In this document: positions 11,901-21,800 of the stretch, one piece after another
Layout of the letters: every line of letters starts with the position of its first letter
Numbering within the stretch: position 1 is the stretch's first letter
Source of the DNA: Klebsormidium nitens
Lineage: Eukaryota > Plantae > Klebsormidiophyceae
NCBI GenBank assembly: GCA_000708835.1
Contig: DF237285.1
Coordinates: 1-64,000 of the forward strand
Reading direction: 5' to 3'
DNA length: 64,000 bases
Program-made: the position numbers and the translations under genes
The notes under the pieces: generated by a model
Seen by the model: the letters and a program-made list of their open reading frames with translations, nothing else
Told to the model about the DNA's origin: nothing
The model's database searches: none

Positions 11901-14350
11901 GGTTAGCAACGGGGGTCATCCAAACCTTTTTCGGAAAGCAGTTCAAACACACGAGACCTATTTTAAGGTCAAAACCTCCGGTTGGAAGACGGACGGACGG
12001 AGTGGATTGAAAGCATCGGAGTGCGCTAGCTAGCATTGTGCTTCACCATTTATGTTACTGAACGAGTTTTTGACAAAGTGCAGTTGATGTTAAAAGAAGC
12101 CCGACACCCCAGATTCACCCCTGACGTTGCTTCCTCGATCCTTTGTTAACAATGACGCTCGTATACGTCAGCGTCGCCAGCGGTTTCCGAAGAGTCTTTT
12201 CACACCCGGGCGCTCGTTGATCCTAAGGACTTGATGACAAAAGTCATGCAGCCTTTATGTCCTGGCCTTTGAGATCATTCCGCAGCGAAGACAAGTCTTG
12301 ATTTCCACGTATCCAGAAGTCCTCGATTCGGAGCATAGAATTTTTGGACCCTTAAAGAAGTCGTGCAAATATGTGCTCAAAATACAGGGGCCGAGAAGCC
12401 ACGTGTCACCCGTACAATTATCTGCCACATTCTCCTTCAACGTGACTCACTCAAACGCCGCCCACTCTCGTTCTTCATAGGTACGCCCGCCGGGGAGATT
12501 TGACGTTCGCAGCGTGGAAGCTGACTTCAGCAATGGCGTCATGGTCGTCTCCTTCTCCGCCCAGCTGGCGCCAGAAGAGGCGGGCGGATACGGTATCGTG
12601 TATTCCAGGGGCGCCAGCGGGGACGCCAACACGCTATCGCTCACCCAGCATAATCCGGGGGATGGCCGCGTGGGAAGCCTCGACTTCAGACTTGGCACGA
12701 GCAGCGTCAAGGGAACGGACCAGAAGATGAGAAACGTGAGGCCCGTTGAGCAAAAACGAAGTTCAAAGCGCTCTGGTAACATTTTCGTGCTTTCCCTTAG
12801 GGAGAGTACCTATCTGCGGAAGCTCCTTCCACCGCTTCGGTCCTTGCGTCCAACTTCATTGCGAACGCACCCCGGCATGCCGATCGTTTTCGACAGCTCT
12901 TTGTGCTTCCGGTATTCATTCCGCCTGTCGTCCTTCTTTCCTTTCCTGCCGTTGCGCCAGGTTTGACTTCTTTCCACCCATTTTACTCGCTCCAGCTCCA
13001 AGCGCACGGCTGTACCGACGCCACTCCTACTTCAAGTGATCAACGTTTCATCCGCCTTTTATTCCCCGAATCTAAGACTAGCATTCCATCCCGCCTTGTA
13101 AATCCCAATGTTCAACCTGATCAATCCATTTCGCTTTTGAACCCCAGATCTTAACCTCACTCCAATACAACGACTTTTCTTGCCAGGCGCACGACTGAAT
13201 GAACGCCAGCTCCTCTTCGGGTCTCCACACTCACATTCCGTTTTTCAAACCCAGACCTTAACCTCACTCGCATCGTTTCCTTGTCAGGCGCACGGCTGGA
13301 TCAACGCCATCTCCTGGGGCTTCCTTCTCCCCTTGGGGGTCCTCACCGCCCGTTACTTCAAAGCCCACGACCCGCTTTGGTTTCACATTCACCGGGCGGT
13401 TCAGGCGACCGGTTTCCTGCTCGGGTTATCCGGCTTTTTCGTCGGGGTAGCGCTCGCGGAGCGCGCGCCGGGCCAGCTGACGTCAGACGCGAAGCGCCAC
13501 TACGGCGTCGGCATTGCCATTTTCGCGTCGGCGTGCGTGCAGGTAAGAACGAAGGGGTTTAGGAGAGGTAAAGGTTTTGACGAAGGGGTTGGGCGGGGTG
13601 GATTAAAGCAGAGTTCAATGGAGGGTTCTGCAGCTGTCAGGCGAATCTTAAGAAGTGGAAAAGAAAGTCGGTGAAATGACTGGTCTCTATCTGTTGTCTC
13701 TGTTATGTTGAGACGGTGCAACGGGTTAAGATAACGCGAGCCGTACAACACCTCCTTCTTTTGGACGTCCAGATTCCGGAGAGGAGTCCGCCATGTAATG
13801 ACAACGAAGTTGAGCGGTATACTGATTCGTACCGAGTTGGGCTGGTCTCAAGTACTCAGAAGACACTCTGCCGTCCATGCTCTTCTGTCTGCAATCTGGA
13901 AAAGAAGTCAAAAGTAGGCTGAATAATCGAAGCCCAGACTCAAGAAGAAGAGAACACCCAGCAGAAGAGGAGACAACTTCGTGCCTTTACTACGCTGAGG
14001 ACTAATTACTCTTGGTGTGAACACCCCGGCTGCAGGTGTCCTCGCTGTTCTACCACCCGGAGCCCAACACGAAGCTCCGCCCGGTGTGGGCCTTTTTACA
14101 CCACTGGCTGGGCCGGGCCATCATTACACTGTCTATCATCAACATCTACTTTGGCCTGCACCTCCTCAAGCCCAAGAAGGAGTACACCATAGCGTATACC
14201 GTGATCATATCGGGTATCGGTGCGGCCGCGGTCCTGCTCGAGACGAGGCTCCAGCTCAGCAACTGCAAGGGCACCGGCGAAGTCCCCCGGGCAAAGAAAG
14301 CGAAGGACGACACCGAGAAACCGCCGCACTCGGACCCGGGGGCAGTGTGA
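2922..14350 (+). CDS. Secreted/membrane DM13-DM13-DOMON-DOMON-cytochrome b561 protein, 15 exons, ~1095 aa
   Basis: Exons 2922-3158, 3759-3869, 4177-4408, 5143-5287, 6449-6699, 7292-7472, 8162-8503, 8838-9103, 9811-9984, 10478-10614, 10978-11229, 11477-11611, 12481-12735, 13288-13542, 14036-14350 total 3288 nt with consistent phases. Motifs: hydrophobic N-terminus; two DM13 units (HGVGGLITIIDDCTF..FNYDGQAPAAYWW..SVWC and HDVAGLLTVIDDCTL..FTFDGSAPATYFWG..SVWC); two DOMON units (WMGFG..QMVG and WIGFG..QMVG); b561 His motifs AHGW, FHIH, KRHY, LHHW. Start may be ATG 2922 or 2958. Introns 2 and 9 use GC donors. Confidence 0.9.
4895..5062. mobile_element. Degenerate MITE-like element in intron 3, ~35-bp imperfect TIRs
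   Basis: TCTAGAATAGGTAAAGTAAGCTCAAGTTATAGTA (4899-4932) is the imperfect reverse complement of TTACTGTAACTTGAGCTCACTAAACCTATTCTAGA (5024-5058). No clear TSD. Confidence 0.65.
5276..5630 (+). repeat. Degenerate ~40-bp minisatellite (~9 units) built from the exon 4 / intron 4 donor junction
   Basis: Unit consensus is about CCAAAACYTCAC|GTGAGTGTCAA.TTAGAGGG.TTTCCGG. The first unit is the real junction CCAGAACTTCAC|GTGAGT at 5287/5288. GT-bearing copies occur at 5396, 5463, 5504, 5544 and 5587. Confidence 0.9.
6173..6512 (+). repeat. Three tandem copies (periods 128 and 121 bp) of the exon 5 acceptor plus exon start
   Basis: GGTTAACG...TTCCAG|GTTCGACGGGA..GTGCCCC.GCCAC.TATTTC occurs with exon-like starts at 6200, 6328 and 6449. 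Only the third continues as an intact exon. Confidence 0.95.
9628..9860 (+). repeat. 125-bp tandem duplication of the exon 9 acceptor plus first 50 nt of exon
   Basis: TTCTCAG|GTGCCACTGTCCTCAACATCACCACCGGGCTCAACCC(A/G)AACTACCCCAAC starts at 9686 and 9811. Confidence 0.95.
13002..13320 (+). repeat. Two decayed upstream copies of the exon 14 start
   Basis: GCGCACGGCTG.. at 13002 (AG mutated to AA), GCGCACGACTGAATGAACGCC at 13187 (AG intact), real exon GCGCACGGCTGGATCAACGCC at 13288. The upstream CCCAGA.CTTAACCTCACTC motif is also duplicated. Confidence 0.85.
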
Positions 14351-15434
14351 CCGGGGCATGGTCGGGATCTACGGGTCGAAGACTCAAACTGTGTACAGTA
14401 GTATTCGCTGCTATTGCAGCTGACGTCCTGCGTCGTTTTGGACATTTAGAGCGATCGCGAACAAAGAGGATTGTCCCTGCTTGCCTCGTTGTTTTGTTGT
14501 ACATTGTTTATGCCTGACCGTTAAGTGCTCACGGATTGAAGGCCCCGACGGACTTGGCAAAACTTTAACGTTAGAGCTCGAGAAGAGAATTCTTCCTTTC
14601 TAATCGCTCGTAAGGTCGATTCAATAACATGTCACACTGGCATCTGTACAATAGATCTGGTTTTAAAGAAGCCCACGGAAACGATACACTTCCTGCTTAA
14701 TTGCCAGCTTGTAGCACTATGGTTAGCTAAATTCTGGCATTACAAAACAATCGCGTGCATTGTGATTGAACTAGCGTAAATACAACTTATCTCACCCGAA
14801 ATTCATGCACGTGCTTCAAATTAAGCCCGCGGAACAGAATAATTGAAGAATATCTGACTCCTTTCTCTTGTCATCGAAGCCGAGCCTGCTTTTCTTTCAT
14901 GAAGTGCCATGCGTGTGGTTACTATGAATACCGAGGTACGTGTCAGATGAGCACATGCATGATAATGCGTGACCAGGCTGCGCATCATCATGCAATGCAT
15001 GCCAAGAGTCTAAGTTGACGTTTTTGGTACACTCATATACGCCTTAACGTTGCAGCCCTCGATTAGTATTAATTAACTACGAGCCTACAGCCCATAGAAA
15101 GGAGTATCTTAGGGCGTCTATCTGTCGGATCATGAAAACGCTTTCTAAATAGAGGGGCTCTAACAGCAGTTCCACCTTTCATCTGGCAAACGACAAAAGC
15201 TTTATCGAAACAGTTGAGCAGGCCACTTAGGATATAAATAGTAGTCAAAAACGGCGACTTTTGGTACACCAGGCTTCGACAAATAAGCTAGGAACTGGGT
15301 CTGACTAACTGAGTGAGTGAGTCTGCCCATGGCAAAACAAACATCTATGCTTTCAGCACCAAGAGCCTAAAGATCTAGCAATCTCCTACACATCAAACGC
15401 GATTGTCATCTGCTCTTGCTCCATGACAACTCCG

Positions 15435-16256
15435 CTAACTTTTCTTTGATTGCTCCACTTCTTGTACTTCCACAAGCGATGTCTGACTGCCAAACCGATG
15501 TGTGATCCCCTCTTGTGTGCTTGCCGTGTCTGTCATGATAACCTCTCCTCTGTCCCCACCGTGCATGGTCTGCTCTTTGAGGTCTCCCCGGCCGTTTGAC
15601 TCCAGCAACATTTCCTCCATGTGCCACGTCGCCCAGAAGTCCTGCAGCTCCTCACGCGTCCCCTTGACCAGCAAATCCACTCGAAAGATGGTGAAGCGCG
15701 TCTTGAAGTACCTGCCAAGCAGCCAAGACCACCACGTGCCGTAATCGCTCCCCTTGGTGCACCCTGCCACAACAATGATGCACACTTCTTTCCCTAGCAT
15801 CTCCTTCCCACCCTCCGGGGCGCCCCCTCCCTCTGGAGACCACTTTTTGAGTTCGTCGTATGCAAAGCATATCTGCTGGACACAGTACCTCTTGTTGGTG
15901 CTCTCCACCAGTGTGAGGGAGTGCGCAAGTTCCTCGCACATCGTGTCTATCCTTGTTTTCAGTTTGCCCAGCCTCTCAGTGTACCTGAGGTACTTCTTCA
16001 TCGCCGCCTCATCCGTGAAGTTTTTGCCAAGATGGCGCACAGATCGGACCCCTTGCTCCGAAAGAATCTGCCGCAGCCCACTCTCTAATTCTTCAGCCAT
16101 TTCTGCCGCCATTGCCCCAGGGATCCCCATGCTCTTCCGCCGACTGAACAGGATGTTGTAAAGCTCCTGTTTCAGTGCATGTTCAAATTGAACCACCCGT
16201 TCCTTGGGAGGCAAGCCCGGCGTAACCACAAGCCTACTTTGGCGCCTTTCACCCAT
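15435..16256 (-). CDS. Hypothetical intronless protein, 273 aa, no recognised domain; possibly the 3' part of a longer decayed gene reaching 16811
   Basis: Long ORF with an ATG and protein-like composition. Upstream same-strand ORFs 16249-16449 and 16362-16811 overlap head to tail. No homology recognised. Confidence 0.4.
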   Translation of the reverse strand: MGERRQSRLVVTPGLPPKERVVQFEHALKQELYNILFSRRKSMGIPGAMAAEMAEELESGLRQILSEQGVRSVRHLGKNFTDEAAMKKYLRYTERLGKLKTRIDTMCEELAHSLTLVESTNKRYCVQQICFAYDELKKWSPEGGGAPEGGKEMLGKEVCIIVVAGCTKGSDYGTWWSWLLGRYFKTRFTIFRVDLLVKGTREELQDFWATWHMEEMLLESNGRGDLKEQTMHGGDRGEVIMTDTASTQEGITHRFGSQTSLVEVQEVEQSKKS

Positions 16257-18879
16257 TACGTTTGATTGCCCTGAGGAGGGACTTTCTGGTTATTAGCACC
16301 CTTTCAGCGCCCTCAGGCTTCGTACTGAAGTGGCTTGGGGAACAGGCTGACTCTACACGTTCTAAGGCTGGGCTGTTGCCAGCAATCCCATGAACACCAA
16401 CACGGTATTTATAAAAGCTAATCCACCCCACAGGTGCGCTGCCGTCCACTCAAGCAGGGGACCTTCCTGGTAGATCAGGAACAACCCGGTGCACAAGAAA
16501 GGTGGGATACCTATTCTCATGCTCCTTTGCAAACGATCCTGTCCAGCCTCATAGGATACTGGCAGCACTTTTTTGATTCCATCAGAGAATTGCTTGATCA
16601 AATGGCCAAAAATGGCATGAATTAACCGCTCAACCGTAAGCGACCAGCGGCCAACGTTTGTAAACCTCACTGTTTCCTGTCCTTGTGTACTAGGCTGTCC
16701 TGATCCTTCATCAGGATTCGTGTTGCTTTCGTCGCCAGCTGGTATGTCGGTTTTAGCCTGATGACTTTCTCCTAATTCAGCGTCCGCATCATCAGCAATA
16801 TCATTTGCCATACCTTGCCATCAGACCATCAGCGCGCACACGACGCTGCCCTACCTGCAGCATTGGCGCCTTCATGCCATTTCTACTGCATTTTCATGTG
16901 TTTTGGCGCTCATGTATGCTCAAACCTCATCTGTGTGCAGCACAACGAAAAGGCAACGAAATTCACAACTTCAAGGTTCAAATAATGAATTGTGCTTGCA
17001 AGTTGCAGCTTGATCTCGACTCTCAGATACCTAACTTGCCTTTCAAAGGCATCTCCCCCTCCCGGCGTTTGAAGTGTACCTACCGTACGTACGCGGTAGC
17101 CTTCTATACTACGGTAGCTAGGTTCCGGCCGGGACTCCCAAGCCTACCGGTACCGGTAGTCGACTTCCAGGCTCCACCCCGGTCGGCCTGTCGCGGGGCC
17201 GTGGCAGAAATACCTACGTATTGGCCGCGTCAAGTCCGTCGAAGTCACAACGCAAATCTCCGGCGAGTGACGACAGCGTACCACCCCGGGCCCCTTTCCC
17301 GGCAGCTCAGACCCAGCGAAGGGTGATCGGAGTTGTGACCGTGTCGAGGTCGGGAGCCGGGTTAAACTGGTGTCCGGGGAGTAGGTAGACAGACAGGGTC
17401 ACAGGACAAGGGAACCGAAACGTGCATGAATGATGATGAAGCTGCGCAGCATGAGACTACCCGCCGCCCGGTACGTCTCCGAGTCGGACCCGGCGACTGT
17501 TACCGGGCGACATACTCGATTGGCCGGAGTCCAGACTTACACGTCGAAATTGGAAGTCGCTGCGAAAATTTTACCACGTCACACGTGTTAGCAAGCCAGG
17601 GACGAAAGCTGATTCGCGGTCCGAGAACGGCTGCGACTCGGACATCAATCAATGATTGATCTTGCTGACATGCATTATGCACTTGCCGGCACTCAGCAGG
17701 GCCCCATGCCAGGCCCTCGCAGTGCTCGGGTACGGTACCTCGCGGGTATCGTCAGGCTTATAGTTGTGTATTACTGCAACCAAGCCATGATCATGTTGCC
17801 ATTTGCACTTATTGCAGGCCAACCTTAGCACGTCAATAATCAATTAAACAAACAACCATGGCAGCAACCATGGATCTATGGATCTGTCAATTGAGCGCCA
17901 GTCAAAATCAAAACGCATGAGCGCCTGTCAAAAAGTATTAGCAAAACGGCCCGGCCAGGTTGGTGCTTCGATGACTGATCTTTGTTTGAAAGTGCCAGAT
18001 TCGAGATTTGTGAGACTGATGGAGGACAAAACGAAAGCCTACAGCAACTTCAAGCAGGCAAATGCAAACGTGGCGGCCGCATGCGTTCAAGAGGCCTCCT
18101 TGGTTCAATCGAAGACATCCCTTAGAGACGGTTTATGTTGGCTCCGGCCGATCAAGTTGCCCGGGCCCTAACCAGCTGGCATCCATTGATTGCGCATGCA
18201 TGCATAGGTCAAGAGCACCAAACTTGAGTACACTTGAACATGCGAAGTTTTACAGATGCCAACAATCTTTACTGCAGCAATTTCTATCTTGCTATACGGG
18301 ATGCAATCGTCGGCAGCAGTACAAGGTGTTAAAACCTTGAACGACAGTACGTATGATGTGTGTTTGAACGGTTCGGTACGGAGTCAAAAGCAGAAAATGG
18401 TTTGACTCACTCACATTCGCATTGCAGGCAAAGACGGATGCCTAGACTCGGATTGTGCAGCTGATATATCTCGAGTTGAACGTTGAGTAACCGTGCTTTT
18501 AGCGCACAAACGATTGTCAGGAGAACCTGCAGTACTTGCTTGGCAGACTCAGCATCCAGACATACATGCACGCATACCAAACAGAGAAGTACTGACGGTG
18601 CACGAGGTCCATGCATGATTGAATGGTGCCAGCTTGTTGGTCGTGTTTTCAGCTTTGTGTTTGGAGGACCACATGTGTGCACTGGCAGTGCAACCAGTGT
18701 AGCTGCTCAAGTTTGTCCACTCTTAAGCTCTACTACGATGCATCACAGCTCCTGGACTCTTCGCCTCTCTCCAAGTGCATCTCAAAGACATATCAACATG
18801 CAACACAAAAGTTGAGAGGTTAATGACAAGCTGTTTACTCAAAGCCTATGCCATTTGTCTAGCAGGTCAGCGTATGTTA

Positions 18880-21800
18880 CTAGTACCGCTTGTTTGGGAA
18901 CGGAGTATTAGCCTGACTCGTAGCCGGCGTACACATCCTGACCATATCGTCCAGCGTGGTCTCTAGCATCTCCGCCAAAGACGACTCCAGCTCCGCCTCC
19001 CCCCAATTATGTTCCTCCTCCGCCAACCGCTCTTCCCCCACCTCTTCCTCTCCACCTACGCTCTCCTCTCCCTCTTCCTCGACATCCATGTCCCCACTCC
19101 CCTGGCTTCCCATCATATCTCCATTACCATTCTCATGCATCCGTTTTGCGAAGTCCTGGGACAGCTCCCGTTCGACTTCGACCGTGAGTCGCGCGAGCTC
19201 GTCCTGCGGGTGATCGTCAATCTCCGAATATCCGGGTGCGACAGCCCCACCATTGGCTTTGGGCGCGGCGTGGCTGTCGTGCCCAACTGTTTCGCCCACG
19301 TGGTTGCCGGACGCCCGCTTTACCAGTCCGTTGCCGAAAGGAGAGTGGTCGTTTGGAACGCCGTTCCTGAAGCGAAAACAGGGGCTTGTCTTGAGGACGT
19401 GTGATGGTGCATCAAGATCTCAATGCATTCTCAACGTACGTGGGCTCATTTTGTCCATTGTTGAGTGGGCATCCTTCCAAAGACTGCTCAGGATACCCAA
19501 AACATCAATTACACTGAATTCGGCCGGCCATGCTTTAACAGCTCCACGATTTTCACTCACTTCCCTCCCTGCAGAACGAATTGCAAAGCTCCTTTGAAGC
19601 CAAGCTCCCGAAATTGCCGTCTGTGCAACTCCTGAGCACTTAATATTTGCCGGTAAAAGGCGATGGTGAACAGACCTCCTTTCGTGCACATCGTTGGCAC
19701 TTTTCTGCCCGTTAGGCACCCGCCCGGGCTTCACATCGAGGGCCGACAGCGACTTCCGGACAAGTTCGTCCTGCAAGGCGGAGCATCCGAGCCGTCAGAT
19801 GCTAAAATGGACGGTCAACCCGATCGTCGAGAAAGCGCCTCCGGACGAACTGCTCACCCCCCAGAGAAATGAAATATCGTCGAGAAAGCCATCCGACCCA
19901 GTAATACACGTACGTCAACGGCAGATATCCCCGCCAGTGGGGTACAGCTTGCCAAGCAAGAAGCGGGCCCAATTCAGTTCTTTCCTTGAAGACGCGCACA
20001 GAGGAGCGTCTGCAAGCTTGAAACACGTGTAACCGAAGCCCAAGTACTTTGATATGGCGCGCATGGATCATTCGTCGCCTCTTGTTCTTGCAACTCTGCG
20101 GGGTTCCGAAGTTGGCTGTACAATCAATCTCCTCCGTCCAAGAAGACCTGCTACGAGTTACAGCGAATATTTGTGATCGAAGGTTTCTGCCAACTAGGTA
20201 TCACCTTCCCAACTGGCATGCATGGCCATATTGATACCTCTGTTGCATCTACAAAGTTACAGAATGCCCCAATCGTACACGAATCCTTACCTGGGCCTTT
20301 GCAAAGAGCGGCGAGCCCCGCTGGAAGGTGGCTGAGAGGCGCTGCACCTCGGCAATTTCCTCATTGGCCTGCTGCTCCTGGAACGCCAGCTTGCGGGCCA
20401 GCTCCGCGCCCAGGACGTCCGACTGCACAAACACCGTGGACGGCTCCACCTTCTGCGGACGGGGAAAAAGTGCGAGTTCTTAGTTTCCGGGTCTTCAACG
20501 GGAGCCGTAATCGGGGGAGACTTTGACGGACCACTTGATCCACCTGTCGGCGTAGATTGCATTGGAATACTTGCTGAACATTGTACCAGCGGTTGCCGTT
20601 ACAGCCGGTGGTAAGTGGGCGTTTGTGCCGTCACATTCGAGTCTCTCTTTAGTAGATACTAGAAGAGGGACTCTTCCAGATCCTTCCACATGATAAGAGG
20701 TAGGGCCACTTCCTGTGCCGCTACCCTTGTTTGATGGAGCCGCGTTTGATGGAGCCGCGTTAGTCCCGCAAGGAATGGGAATGGGGGCTGAGGCTTACCC
20801 ATCACAAAACAGGGGGAAAGCCGAAGCCTACAGTGGAGAAGAGAAGAGAAACAAGACTAACGGAAAGCCACTAGATGGAAATCAGTACCGACCTCGGCCC
20901 CCTGCGCCTTGCCGACGAGTGAGGCAACCCTGGACTTGAGGCGCGTGATCTCCGTCTGCTCTTGGTGGATCTCCGCCAGCTTCTCGTCCATCTCGCGCTG
21001 CAGGGCCACCTGCTCCAGCTTCTTCGCCAAGATCGCGGCCTGCCATCAGACAGTAGCTTATTTCACAAGAGAGACGTTTTAGATTTTGTGCTTGCAAGAC
21101 TTTAGGTGTTCAGGATATTGAGGTACTCGAGGTCAAAGATACAGCTTTTTGGCGGACCAAGTCACTGACATCAAGTTAAAGACCGGAAGGATCTTTGGAG
21201 CGTACTTTCTCTTCGGCAAGTCACCGAGATGGGCTTCGGCTGATGAGCGCTTGCAGTGCGCTGGCCAACGATTCAGTCGGGGCAGACGGCTCGAAGCGAC
21301 CAGTCCTTCTGAGGGCCATCTGATCCGGCTATCGTGGTACGTTCGCGAGATTTATTTCTGCTAGCGCAATGCTAAGACCGTGGTAAATTTCAACGTCCGC
21401 TTCTGCCTTCTAGGAGTTATCCATTCGAACCGAGCTCCGTACCATGAAAGAGACGAAACGCCAGCAAACTGTACCACGCGCAAATCAGCAGATCGCCCTT
21501 ACAGCAGACATCCCTGACAAAAAACTTACGAGATCTCTCCATTTTACTCCGCCCCTTGGATCATTCAAAGCCTCAAAAGGCAACAGGTCCCAACCCACAC
21601 CTTTTTCAGGTGCGAGCGGGCTGCCAACCGTGGTCTTAACACGCTCCAAGCAAATCATGCAGCAACTCCTCACCTGCGCAGTCCCGTCAATCTGCTTGGC
21701 CCCGCTGTCCTCTTTCTCAACCCCGCCGTTCAGCCAGTCGTCTTCTCCCAACCCTAGTTCCTCCTCCTTCCCAATCTTGCGCTGCAGATCGACGATCATG

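Noticed and set aside
20495-20715. Possible extra exon of the first coiled-coil gene
   Set aside because: It has no donor with the phase needed to join 20452 except a weak one. Direct joining 20893>20452 is in frame and simpler.
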